From Octopus vulgaris (lineage: Eukaryota): a DNA stretch of 64,000 bases. The position numbers and the translations under genes were made by a program. Shown piece after piece: positions 42,873-55,141 of the stretch. The notes under the pieces are model-generated. The model was not told the DNA's origin and did no database searches. It saw nothing but the letters and a program-made list of their open reading frames with translations. The DNA is taken from positions 6,758,001-6,822,000 of the forward strand of contig OX597819.1 of the NCBI GenBank assembly GCA_951406725.2, given 5' to 3'. Positions within the stretch are counted from its first letter, which is position 1, and each line of letters starts with the position of its first letter.

Positions 42873-43082
42873 TCAAAATGTGACCGCGTGTGTACTGTTG
42901 GCGGGTTTTTTTCGTCTGTCTTCCCTTCTCTGGATCTTTCCTTCTCCTATGTTTCCGACGAAGAGCTCCGTTCGAAACGTTAAACCCTCCTTCTTTCCTT
43001 CTTTCCTGAGCGTCCAATAACACTATATTTGTTCCACGTCCTCGCGTTATGTTCTTTTTGTGCTTTCATGTTTGGATTAACT
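42873..43082 (+). mobile_element. Short hammerhead-bearing element between TA tracts
   Basis: ~210-bp pyrimidine-rich unit flanked by (TA)n, containing the hammerhead at 42951. Confidence 0.6.
42951..42985 (+). ncRNA. Minimal type I hammerhead (U4C variant)
   Basis: GTTT-CCGACGA-a-GAGC tcc GTTC-GAAA-CG-TT^AAAC; palindromic ACGT stem III. Confidence 0.65.
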
Positions 43083-43128
43083 ATATATATATATATACTT
43101 ACATACATACATACATACATACATACAT

Positions 43129-44306
43129 TTATGGCTGCCCCCTCGTTATCGAGTATGGCCATTGCACGAAGCTTAACTGTTACTGGTGCTGTGATCGAAA
43201 GTGACTTTTTAGCCCAGCTAAAGATCTACAATGTCTTGTACAGAATTGGCAACTAATACCTTTACCGGTAATAGCCGGTTGTAGTTGTAACTGGGCTTCG
43301 TGTACCTTTGCATGTCGTTTAAGTCCTCCTGCCGAATTACACTCTCTTCCACATGCCCGACAGATATGATTAGTATGGTGTGTTACAACACCACCAGTGG
43401 CCAGGTTGTCACTCATCTGTCTCGTTTTATGACTACAAAGATGACTCTTGAGTCCAGCTTTACTGAGGCAGGGTCTTGCACAGACATTGCATGTCAGAAT
43501 CAAAGGAAGACCCTTCCCTTCTGGAAGTGTAACAGCGATGCCCTTCCTGACATCCCTCCTTACTTTCTCATGTGCAACTCGAGATTTCTCAAACGTGGCT
43601 GTCCCTTCAACACAATCCTTCTCCACCTGCTACAATCAATAGCTATGCCTTCCCATGTGTCAGGAGAGATGCAAGCATCTCTTAAGGAAGCCTTCAGCAA
43701 GTCCTTATACCTCTTTTTTTTTGGTTTATGTGGAGGTCGTTCTCCTTTAGCTAACTCTCCATAAAAGAGTTGTTTTGGCATCCTTTAATCCTTCATTCTG
43801 ACCAGATGACCACTCCATCTGAGCCTTTGCTTTAACACAAGAGATTCTATACTTTCACACCGAGAGCCTTCGAGTATTTCAAGATCACTGATGCGGTCTT
43901 TCCACTTAATGCTATAGATCCGTCTGAGGCACATCTGTTGGAAATGTTCCAGATGTTTAAGGTGGTATCGATATGTGACCCACGTCTCGCAGGCATAGAG
44001 AAGAGAAGGGAGCACATATGCCTTGTACACCTTTATCTTTGTCTTTCTGCATATGTCTCGCCGACTCCAGAGGCGCTTTTCTAGCCTTCCGAAAGCAACA
44101 CTTGCTTTCCTAATTCTGTATGGAACTTCATCCACATTGCCATATCTATTAATAGTGCTTCCCAGGTAGACAGACTGATCGACTACATCAAGTCGCTTAC
44201 CATTCACATAGATATTTGGTACACTATACTGCTTACCAGGGGCAGGTTGATGCATGACAACAGTTTTCTTGAGATTGACTGTCAATCCTAAGGCAGTGCA
44301 AGCATC
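43129..44306 (-). mobile_element. RTE LINE 3' fragment with three C-terminal C2H2 fingers
   Basis: YLGSTI..RIRKASVAFGRL..LLYACETW..RLRWSGHLVRM../PKQLFYGEL; then CNVC..SH, CRAC..RH, CQFC..SH; tail gccatactcgataacgagggggcagccataa. Confidence 0.9.
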
Positions 44307-44738
44307 AGATTGACTATACTGTCTAAAAGAAGTTAGTAAAGCAGCAAACCGCCCAAATAGAGCATTTACTAACTTCTTTTAGCCAGTATAGTCAATCTTT
44401 TCTTCCAACATAGTAGTTCTGAAATGAACAGAAGTGTGATCAGCATCTTCTCATATATCAGGAAATTACATCTACATTATTATGGATAAATTCATCGTCT
44501 CTGATTATGAAATATCTCCTTATATCTCCGGAAATTACACCTGCATTATTATGAATGGATTTACCTTTTCTGTGAAGCTAACAAACTTTTTTAAAAACCT
44601 TTTATAAAACTGTGTATCATTAGAGAACTTTTAAAGTCTGCTTTCAATCTAACTTTGCTTTTTATAGAACTCTCTTCGATACTTCATGAGTGTAGCCTCA
44701 CCCCCCCCCCCTAGGATGTTTGGAAAACTCATATGTGT

Positions 44739-44827
44739 TTTGGCTGATGAATACGGGACACTTGTATTTGCTGCAATATTTGCAGTTTTTAAAAAAGTTG
44801 TTCTTCGTATGAAACAATTGTACTGAA
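44739..44827 (+). ncRNA. Type I hammerhead ribozyme, long stem II
   Basis: tttgg-CTGATGA-ATACG...CGTAT-GAAA-CAATTG-TA^ctgaa; ~30 nt downstream runs into (TA)n. Confidence 0.8.
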
Positions 44828-44856
44828 CAACTAATCCATTCTTGTTGCTTTTTTCT

Positions 44857-44916
<60 letters not shown>

Positions 44917-45149
44917 GACAAAATTTAATATTCTCCAAATATGTCGTTTTAAAAGTACACTTAAATAAACTTATATTGACATTTCTGACAGCCATTAAAT
45001 GCAGAGCTAGCAAACTGAAACCGCTCCTCTTGGTTGCTCGATCTGCTAAAAATATCAACCAAACTTTCCTCAAACCACATTTTATTGGTTAAAAAAGAGA
45101 GAGACAGAGATTTGATACATTATATCTGATAAAAAATAAACTTTCATTC

Positions 45150-45590
45150 GACAGGAACTCCTTGTATTGTAGGTTTGCTCATTCGGTGCTGACATATAGG
45201 ACTTTAGGTTATATTCTGAAACCTCTTCTTTAATGCAAAAAGTGCATCAAGTGCAATAAAGGTGCTGATACTTTTATCCATAGGAGATTCATATTATAAT
45301 CACAGTCGAAAGTTCTACTTATGCTGAGGGTGACAAAATGGTTTTCGAAGACAGGAACCTCCCTCTGACGATACAGAGTGGTACCAGAGGCTCTGACTTT
45401 ACAGAAACGGTACTGGTGATCATTAATAAGACAGAGGAGGAGAGATTCAAGTTATTGGAGGACATTGTTGTTAGTGGCTGTCTCAATTACCTTAGAGATA
45501 GTAGAAGTGAGTGCAACAGGGCAATAGTTGTAGGGTCAGAGAGGTCTTCTGTCTTGCAGACAGCACATTACGATACAGTACCCTGCTGAA
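45150..45590 (-). mobile_element. Decayed CR1/Jockey-group RT fragment
   Basis: EDLSDP..PVALTSTISKVIE..LINDHQYRF..TLSISRTFD..GVP. Confidence 0.65.
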
Positions 45591-45597
45591 AGATGAC

Positions 45598-45760
45598 TGG
45601 AGGCGCGTAGCGTAGTGGTTAGGGTGTTGAACTCATGATCGTAATATTGTGATTTTGATTGCTGGGTCGGGTAACGCGCTGTGTTCTTGAACAAAGCATT
45701 TTATTTCACGTTTCTCCAGTTCACTCAGCTAGTAAAAATTAGTAATCCTGCGAGACAAAA
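45598..45760 (+). mobile_element. Old tRNA-derived SINE
   Basis: tggaggcgcgtagcgtagtggttagggtg..gtgttcttgaacaaagca. Confidence 0.55.
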
Positions 45761-45881
45761 ATGCTGACAAAAATGAGTAATACTGCGAGGGAAGATGTCA
45801 TCTTTGGTAACGATCGGAAGACCGCATCTTTGGGGCAATACTCGGCTCTACTCTAAACGCATCATTATTAATACAGTACTT

Positions 45882-46330
45882 AAGGCGGTGAGCAGGCAGA
45901 ATAGTTAGCACACCGGACGAAATACTTAACCCGTTGCTACGTTCTGACTTCAAATCCGCCGAAGTCGAACTTGCCTTTCATCCCTTCGGAGTCGATAACT
46001 TAAGTACCAGTTGCGTACTGGGGTCGATTTAATTGAGTGGCCCCCCGCCTCCCCAAAAATTTCAGGCCTTGTGCCTATAGTAGAAAGACTTATTAATACA
46101 GTACTTAAGACGGCGAGCTGGCAGAATCGTTAGCACGCCGGGTAAAATGCTTAGCGGCATTTCGTTTGTCTTCACGTTCTGAGTTCAAATTTCGCCGAAG
46201 TCGACTTTGGCTTTCGTCCTTTTGGGTGTCGATAAATTAAGTACCAGTCAAACACTGCTGATCGATTTAATAAACTAGCTTCCTCCCCACCAAATCTTAG
46301 GCCTTGATTTTTTTCACTATAAAGGATTAT
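45882..46330 (+). mobile_element. Two consecutive older SINE B-related copies
   Basis: Heads at ~45882 and ~46107; tattaatacagtacttaag precedes both. Confidence 0.8.
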
Positions 46331-46466
46331 CAATGCAGTGCTGAACACTGCATCTTAGTTCCAGCACGAAGCACTTCTGTCTAGTAGCGAAAACTGCATA
46401 TTTGGTGCAGCACTAAACACTTCACCATTGATACATAATTAACACTGCGTCTATGGTGTAACATTA

Positions 46467-46854
46467 GTGGAGGCGCAATGGCCCAGTGGTTAGGGCAGCG
46501 GGCTCGCGGTCATAGGATCGCGGTTTCGATTCCCAGACCGGGCGTTGTGAGTGTTTATTGAGCGAAAACACCTAAAGCTCCACGAGGCTCCAGCAGGGGA
46601 TGGTGGTGATCCCTGCTGTACTCTTTCACCACAACTTTCTCACACTCTTACTTCCTGTTTCTGTTGTACCTGTATTTCAAAGGGCCGGCCTTGTCACTCT
46701 CTGTGTCACGCTGAATATCCCCGAGAACTACGGTACGGGTACAAGTGTCTGTGGAGTGCTCAGCCACTTACACGTTAATTTCACGAGCAGGTTGTTCCGT
46801 TGATTCGGATCAACCGGAACCCCCGTCGTCGTAACCGACGGAGTGCTTCCATCC
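46467..46854 (+). mobile_element. SINE family C with TSD
   Basis: TSD atggtgtaacatta at 46453-46466 and 46855-46868. Confidence 0.92.
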
Positions 46855-47653
46855 ATGGTGTAACATTATTCAGTGCACGTTTGGTACAATACTGAACACG
46901 ATCCTTAAAGCAGTAATAAACACAACAGTACTGAACACTGCATCATTGTTGCATTACTAAATAGATCATTGTTAGTACAGTGCATAACAAGTATTAATGC
47001 CAAGCATATCTTTTTTTATTAATATTGGACGCTTCATCTTCATGTGCAAATCACATTTCATATATGCACTTGCACTAACATTTGAATAAATGAATTTTAC
47101 TGCTCCAGATGGGTGCTGACTATAACAGCAACAAAAACCGTGCCTGTTACTTGGCCTTCTCAGACTTTTCTTTCAATCTTCGTTGCTAATCTAGCATATT
47201 GAATATCGTAAGCATTTTTTAAAAGACTGGATCTTTTGGTCTTGTATGGCTTTTATAAAGTTAAAACTAAAGAGAGCGAAATATTATTCATCAACATTTG
47301 ACCCTATTAACCCAAAGTACATAGATGTATATAAGTCAGCCATATTTGTATCTGTGTTCGCAATGTTTGTGGTGGAAGGTTGCTATACAGCACCAGTGGT
47401 GAGTTTTTGGTTATTGGACTTCATCTATATTGATATATGGATCGATATAAATATGTGGCTGGTGCACATGGTTAACGTAATTTACATTGGGCATAGAAAT
47501 TCCTGTTTAAGAATATATGTAAGTATATATACATATGTACACTCGCACGCGCGCACACACACACACTCACATACATACACACACAAGTGCAAGCGCACAA
47601 ATGTAGGAAGACACGCATATACACAAAAATACATACATACATACATACATACA

Positions 47654-47684
<31 letters not shown>

Positions 47685-47888
47685 GTACATATATCTGTAT
47701 GCGTGTGTGTGAGTTAATATGTGTAAATGAAAATCCATTAATTCATCAAACCACGTATCCATATTCGTGTAAACATGCTGTTCAAAATACGCAAGCTGTA
47801 AGGATGCTGAGAGTTGGACATTATTTTCACTTTCTTTCAATCTTTCTATCATACTCTTCTCACCCTTACTATCTAGTCATTTGCATAC

Positions 47889-47924
<36 letters not shown>

Positions 47925-48112
47925 TGGTAAAACGGTAAGATAGCAAAAGAAAGAAAGATACCTCAATATTATGTAAATAGAGGAAATTTATCTATAAAAT
48001 AATATGTTACAATTACTCAGTAGTCAAGATAAAACTCTGAGTTTCAGATGCCGAAGTGGGAATCCACAACGTCATCTCTTCGGTTATCTGGCTATTTGAA
48101 TACGCTATCCCT
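47925..48112 (-). mobile_element. Short hammerhead-bearing element between TA tracts
   Basis: ~190-bp unit flanked by (TA)n, containing the hammerhead at 48027-48089. Confidence 0.6.
48027..48089 (-). ncRNA. Type I hammerhead (U4C variant)
   Basis: AGATAA-CCGAAGA-GATG...CATC-t-GAAA-CTCAGAG-TT^TTATCT; stem I extends further (tagcc/tgacta). Confidence 0.7.
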
Positions 48113-48317
48113 ATCTATATATATATATATATATATATAGGTATGTATGTACATTATGTATATGTATATAGATACACAGATAGATAAAGAGAGAGAGATA
48201 CATATAGATATATGCATATGTATATTATGTAACTGCGGATACCTTGTGAGTGATTATTGTCTACTGTATATACCCATATATATATGTATATATACATATA
48301 CAAGTATGAGTTAACAT

Positions 48318-48374
<57 letters not shown>

Positions 48375-48408
48375 ATACATATATATCTTTTACTTACATA
48401 TGCACATA

Positions 48409-49667
48409 CAGAGGGTGGACAAAATAATGGAAACGCCTAGCATCATAGCATCAGGAGTTTGAAATATCTAAAAAATTGTCAAAAGCTTGTTTATTGTATG
48501 TTTTTTTTATTTATTATTAGTGTTGTTTAATACGTATTGTGCTAAAACTGCGGTTTCTTTTCAGATATCATCAGAAAAAGGTAATTAAAATTCATTAAAA
48601 TGACAGATCTGTCGGACTTTCAAATATGACAATTTCTTGGTGCTCGTATGGTAGGCGCTAGCGTAACGAAAGCAGCCGAAATGCTTCATGTATCAAGAAG
48701 TACTGTCTTGAACGTAATGACAGCATTTGAGAAACAGGGGGAAACCTCCTCGCTGAAACAAAACTCCGGAAGAAAGCCAAAACTTTCAGATAGGGACCGT
48801 TGGACTCTTACGCAAATTGTTAGAAAGGATCACAAAAGTACAGCTTCCAAAATTACTGCAGAGCTTAATGACCACCTCGAGAACTCGTCGAGATCTACAC
48901 AAAGCCGGATTTCACGGGAGGGCTGCAATCAGAAAACCCCTACTTTCAAAATGAAACGTTGCTAAACGTTTAGAGTGGAGTAAAAACCTACAGAATTGGT
49001 CCCTAGAGCAGTGGAAGAATGTTATTTTCTCAGATAAGTCATCCTTTACCTTATTTCCGACCACCGGCCTAGTATACATGTGGAGACAGCCAAAAAACGC
49101 ATTTAACCCAGACTGCCTTCTTCCAACTGTTAAACATGGAGAAGGATCTGTGATGATCTGGGTGGGAGCTATATTTTGGAAATCCGCTGGCCCAATGGTT
49201 TCCTTTCATGGTAGAATTAATAGTCAAGACTATTTAAGCATTTTATCTGATCAAATTCATCCTATGGTTGCGGAACTGTTTCCGAGGGGAAATGCAATCT
49301 TTCAGGATGATTATGCACCAATTCACACAGCTAAAGTTGTTACTGAATGGTGCGAGGAACATTCTAGTGAAGTTGAATATCCTTATCTGGCGACCACAGT
49401 CACCAGATCTCAATATTATTGAACATTTATGGTGCATTCTAGAAAAACAAGTAAGGAGTTAATATCCTTCACCATCTTCACGACAAGAACTAGAGACTGA
49501 TTTAGCTTAAGAATGGACAGAAATTCCTTTGGAAAATTTTCAAACTTTGTACGAGTCCGTACCTCGTACAATTCAAGCCGTAATTACTGCCAAATGCGGT
49601 CCTACTCCATATTAAAATTCATTTATTTGAAATTTTAAGGTGTTTCCATTATTTTCTCCAACCCCTA
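48409..49667 (+). mobile_element. Full-length decayed Tc1-like DNA transposon
   Basis: TA TSD; ~30-bp TIRs cagagggtggacaaaataatggaaacgcct / aggtgtttccattattttctccaacccct. Confidence 0.92.
48600..49615 (+). pseudogene. Tc1 transposase (DDE), with stops and frameshifts
   Basis: MTDLSDFQ..HTH, NSGRKPKLS, VIFSD, PTVKHG.GSVMIW, FQDD.APIH, SPDLNIIE, GPTPY*. Confidence 0.9.
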
Positions 49668-49711
49668 TATATATGTGTGCGTATACGTATGTATGTGTTT
49701 ATGTATATATA

Positions 49712-49942
49712 AAGGCGGCGAGCTGGCAGAGACGTTAGCACGCCGGACGAAGTGCTTCGCGGCATTTCGCCTGTCGCTACGTTCTGAGTTCAAATTCCGC
49801 CGAGGTCGACTTTGCCTTTCATCCTTTCGGGGTCGTTAAATTAAGTACCAGTTACGCACTGGGGTCTATGTAATTGACTTAATCCGTTTGTCTGTCCTTG
49901 TTTGTCCCCTCTATGTTTAGCCCCATGTGGGTAATAAAGAAA
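49712..49942 (+). mobile_element. SINE family B
   Basis: Family B match. Confidence 0.9.
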
Positions 49943-49974
49943 CATATATATAAACCCACATATATGCATAATAT

Positions 49975-50700
49975 ATACATGTTTTGAATGCAACAGAAGG
50001 CCTCTTGAGAACCAGATTCAATAACCAGAAGTATGCGTCCAAGATTCAAGGGAGGCGTATTATCGCATGCATAGACATTGAAGTAAGCACCATGCCTAGC
50101 GACATTATGAGGAGGAAACTAGAAATGCGCCAACATTAATTTAACAGTGATACGAGACACACCCTGCTTGCCGGGAAAAGAATCCTGTTGAACTTTACTT
50201 CGCCCAAGCTCCAACCAAAACTTTATAAGTAGGGCTTTTTAATACTGCCCTTATGAGTGCTGATATAAATATAAACGCTGACATACGCTCCACCGATCCT
50301 TTCCCTAACCGTAATGTGAGGAATTAAGACAAGACTTGCCGCATTCAACTTTCCTATATAGAAGCCCTTGTAAACACATGCATGTTACGACTACACATGA
50401 TTCTGAAATTAATCGTCCCGCAGCAGCTTTCAGGTCCACTCATATTTATCCCCACTCCACCCATAGCCTAATCTTAACCCCACACAACAAACACATATCT
50501 TATGTAATAGGGGGTCCATTTTGATCCCATGCAGTAACATCATCAAGTTTCCATTGACAAGCGCACACACCATACTATACCTATTATGCCTATCAGCCAT
50601 TTCTGAAGATTGCTGCAGTTCGTTCCCACCTTTGGTATGAAACCATTTGTTAATTTGGCTATTATAAAAATATAATATAGTATTATATCAACAATACTAA
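49975..50700 (+). mobile_element. Decayed Penelope-like element 3' end (GIY-YIG remnant, 3' UTR, hammerhead)
   Basis: ATEGLLRTRFNNQK resembles the PLE GIY-YIG motif G.TE..FK.R..NHK; CL.EK..IL-like motif at ~50163; hammerhead relic at 50595. Confidence 0.55.
50595..50660 (+). ncRNA. Degenerate type I hammerhead
   Basis: agccattt-CTGAAGA-ttgctg...tggtat-GAAA-ccatttg-TT-aatttggct. Confidence 0.5.
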
Positions 50701-50758
50701 TATACCCACTAATTGTATAACGAATGACTCACAGACTTTTAGACATATTGTACATACA

Positions 50759-50791
<33 letters not shown>

Positions 50792-50826
50792 TTATACACG
50801 CACACACATACATATGTATATATACA

Positions 50827-50965
50827 GGCGTAGGAGTGGCTGTGTGGTAAGTAGGTTGTTTACCAACCACATGGTTCCGGGTTTAGTCCCACTGCGTGGT
50901 ACCTTGGGCAAGTGTCTTCTACTATAGCCTCGGGCCGACCAAAGCCTTGTGAGTGGATTTGGTCA

Positions 50966-51022
<57 letters not shown>

Positions 51023-51258
51023 TGTGTGTATATGTTTGTGTGTCTGCGTTTGTCCCCCCCCCCCCAACATCGCTTGAAAACCGATGCTGGTGTGTTTACA
51101 TCCCCGTTACTTAGAGGGCTCGGCAAAAAGAGACCGATAGAATAAATACTAGGCTTACAAAGAATAAGTACTGGGGTCGATTTGCTCGACTAAAGGCGGT
51201 GCTCCAGCATGGCCACAGTCACATGACTGAAACAAGTAAAAAGTAAAAAGTAAAGTAA
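50827..51258 (+). mobile_element. SINE family A
   Basis: Family A match. Confidence 0.9.
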
Positions 51259-51476
51259 TATATATACACATATATCTATGTGTTTAAATGAGTGTGATTA
51301 TATGAGGGTGGAAGATATTGTTGCGCGAAATCTGATAACTTATTTTTTCACTCTGCCCTCTGGTAGTGGCTTTGAGCAAAACAATTTTTTTCGTAATAAT
51401 TGCGAATTAAATATTCCTGCAGACATACACACACTCACACACGCATACATACACATACGCGTTCATATGCGTATAC

Positions 51477-51510
<34 letters not shown>

Positions 51511-51534
51511 GCACATGTGTACATATATATACAT

Positions 51535-51589
<55 letters not shown>

Positions 51590-52349
51590 TATATATCTAT
51601 ATGCATACACTTATAAATACATATGAATACACTCTCCTACACATACATACAGATATACATGCATACATGCATAAACAAACACACACATACAGACAGACAG
51701 GCAGACAGACAGGCAGGCAGACAGGCAGGCAGACAGACAGGCAGGCAGACACGCATTCGACCAACTGAAATATATAATATATATTAAAACCGGATGAAAA
51801 TCTCAATAAATGCTACACTTGTGTTTTCGGATTTCATCTTTTGTACGGTTCACTGGTGTTTTGTGCAATCATAACATGATGAAATTACATTGAAGTCACG
51901 CATGGTCAATTAACTCTACTGAAACAACCAAATTTGGAAAAAGTAGGCAGGCAATTAATGGGATATCGTATGACTTCTACATGTTGGGATTTAACTAAAT
52001 CACTAACAGCGAATGCCTGGGGATGAATATACTAAATATAATTTACTCAGAAGTATGATGCATGTAATATAAGTGTTCAAACGGAAGGGAATAGAGAAAA
52101 CTGTGTTGCATGCATGCGCTCAAATATATAGAGATGCATATTAGCATATTAAAAAAATCGTGGCTACATACCTATGCATATATGCAAGTATATATCTGTG
52201 TGCACACGCGTATGTATGTGGGTGAGTGTACTTGAAAGGGTACGTTTATTTACAATCATATAAGCATCGTAACTCTATAATTAGTGTCACAAATACAAGC
52301 GCGCGCGTGTGTGTGTAGATATATAACTAACTTTATATATCTATGTATG

Positions 52350-52393
<44 letters not shown>

Positions 52394-52395
<2 letters not shown>

Positions 52396-52587
52396 AGAGT
52401 AAACACATAAATGTGAAACAAGGTGGAAAAAAAGAGTACTCAAATACCAGTGGTAGAGTAATATGCTTTATTTAAAGCAGCAGAAAATTCTACAAAACCT
52501 GTTACTCTGAGTTTCGCGTTGCCGTTCATCGGACAGTTTTTGCAACGCGAAACTCAGAGTAACAGGTTTTGTAGAATTTTCTGCTGC
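52394..52587 (-). mobile_element. Short hammerhead-bearing element with 46-bp inverted duplication, in (TA)n
   Basis: 52477-52522 is perfectly inverted at 52542-52587; TA tracts on both sides. Confidence 0.7.
52499..52536 (-). ncRNA. Type I hammerhead (U4C variant)
   Basis: CTGT-CCGATGA-aCG gcaa CGc-GAAA-CTCAGAG-TA^ACAG. Confidence 0.7.
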
Positions 52588-53622
52588 TATATATACTATA
52601 CATGTACTTATATATATTGATATATGTATATTAAATTACATATGCGTGCATACACGCATGTGTGTATATTATATATGTACTTATATATTTATGTATACAT
52701 ATACATATATATGCATACACGCATGTATATGTATATGTGTGCGTATGTGCGTGCGTGTGTATATGTGTGTGTGTGTGTGTGTATGTGTGTAACACAGATA
52801 TTTACATATATATACATATGCATATATAAACACACAGAATACATATATATATATGTACATATATATATTTATATATATATATGTTCACACACACGCATGT
52901 CTATATAGGTGTGGGTATGTGTATATGTGACTGTGTATATGAGAGGGTGTAAGGGAATGTCGGTATGCATGTGTGAATAGAAGAAAATACAGAAATACAC
53001 CCAATTATTAATATATCCATGTTCGAACATAATTCTTTTATAAATGCTGCATTCGCTTGAATATATGAGAATGTATGACTTACTAACATATATTCAATCA
53101 TAAAAGGGTTCTCTTTCTAAAGGGTTGAAATAACGGGTGTGGGGTCAGAATAGAGATTATTATCGACAATGTTAGGATTCTATGGAACAATGAAAAACCA
53201 ACGGTCAGGTTAGAAAGGAACTGAGAGATGTTAATGAGTGGCAGCCAGGCGTAGCAAGGAGAGCTTAAATGCTACTTTGTTGTGATCATCCACGCATGTA
53301 CACATGCAAAAATCCACTTCGCCACGCGCATCTATGTACATATAAACGTGTATCTGTATATTTACTTGTGTATATGTGTGTGTGTACGTATCTCTGGGAG
53401 AGAGAGAGTGTGTGTATATGTAAATGCGTATATATATGTGTGTGTGTGTGTATGTTATATAAACTTAGGCTATGTAATATATATATATAAGCATCATTAA
53501 TATATACGTACATACACATGTGTACATACATTTATGTGCATATATGTATATATATATATATAAACATATATTTATGTATTTAAATATATATATATATATA
53601 TACATACATACATATATATTTT

Positions 53623-53691
<69 letters not shown>

Positions 53692-53694
<3 letters not shown>

Positions 53695-54063
53695 TCTTTT
53701 ACTCTTTTAGTTGTTTCATTCATTTAATTGCGGCCATGCTGGAGCACCGTCTTTAGTCGAACAAATCGACCCCAGGACTATTTCTTTGTAAGCTTAGTTC
53801 TTATTCTATCGGGTTCTTTTACCAAACCGCTAAGTTACGGGGACGCAAACACACCGGCATCGGTTGTCAAGCGATGGTGGGATGACGAACACAGGCACAC
53901 AAACACACACACAAACATATATTTGCGATGGGTTTCTTTCAGTTTCCACCTACGAAATCCACTCACAAGGCTTTTGTCGGCCCGAAGCTATAGCAGAAGA
54001 CACTTGCCCAAGGTAATACGCAGTGGGACTGAACCCGAAACCATGTGGTTGGTAAGCAACCAC
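53692..54063 (-). mobile_element. SINE family A (head truncated)
   Basis: Family A match. Confidence 0.85.
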
Positions 54064-54183
54064 ATTATTAAAAAATTGCATAATTTCATCTGAATTGTTT
54101 CTATGTAAACTATTTCTTGACTCATCACGGAGGATACACATACTTTATCTTCTTGTCAAAGACTTTATTACTTTATCGAGATA

Positions 54184-54559
54184 TCTTTATATATAAAAGT
54201 AAGGTCGTGTGCTGTCTGTCTCCTACGATTTAGATTCCTAACTACTCCCACATTTTGCGGTGCAGTTTAACCAAAACCGGGTATCTTATAGTCGTGATTC
54301 ATATCGAGCCCTTCTGGCTATTAGCGCGCGTCTACGATGAGTCTACGATTTAAAAAAAAAATTCCCATTTTTAATGCATTTTTTCGCTATTATATAAGGG
54401 AAGTAACTCTCTAAAAATGTCTACGATGAGTCAACGATTTTTAAAAAAAATTACCATCATTTTTTTTCCATTTTTAATGCATTTTTTGGCTATAACTCTA
54501 AAAATGCTTATATAGTTATTTCCCTTACAAATCCGAGCAAGGCCGGGCGATACTGCTAG
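54184..54559 (+). mobile_element. Non-autonomous Helitron
   Basis: A|TCTTTATATATAAAAG...ccgagcaaggccgggcgatactgCTAG|T; near-copy at 56300. Confidence 0.85.
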
Positions 54560-54904
54560 TATTCATATAAAATAATTTTTTCATCCTTTGTAAAAAAATG
54601 TTATAACCTGAACTGAATGTTTTTATGCAAACTACCTTTTGATTCATCACAGGGTATACAAAATGCCTCAAACCTTCTCTTATCATTATCAAAGACTCTA
54701 TCACTCGATTTGAACACATTTTTGTGAACTAATTTTTGACGCTACAGAAGATACGCAAAACCTCACACTTTAATATAAATAAAATAAGTGAAATCGGTTA
54801 AGTTAATAAATACTTTTAAAGACTCCTGCATTTTCAAATTCTTTCACTTATGCCTTTACTCGTGTAGTAACACTCTACTTTGTTTTATATATATACACAC
54901 ACAC

Positions 54905-54939
<35 letters not shown>

Positions 54940-54980
54940 AAGAAAGACAGACAGACAGATATTTATATATATATATATAT

Positions 54981-55056
<76 letters not shown>

Positions 55057-55141
55057 ACTTACTTGGACATGGATACGTGGCGTTCAAAATAAAATATATA
55101 TATATAGCCATATATACATACGTATATGTACATACTGATAT

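Noticed and set aside
46467-46545. tRNA gene
   Set aside because: tRNA-derived SINE head with no proper acceptor stem, continuing into the SINE body.
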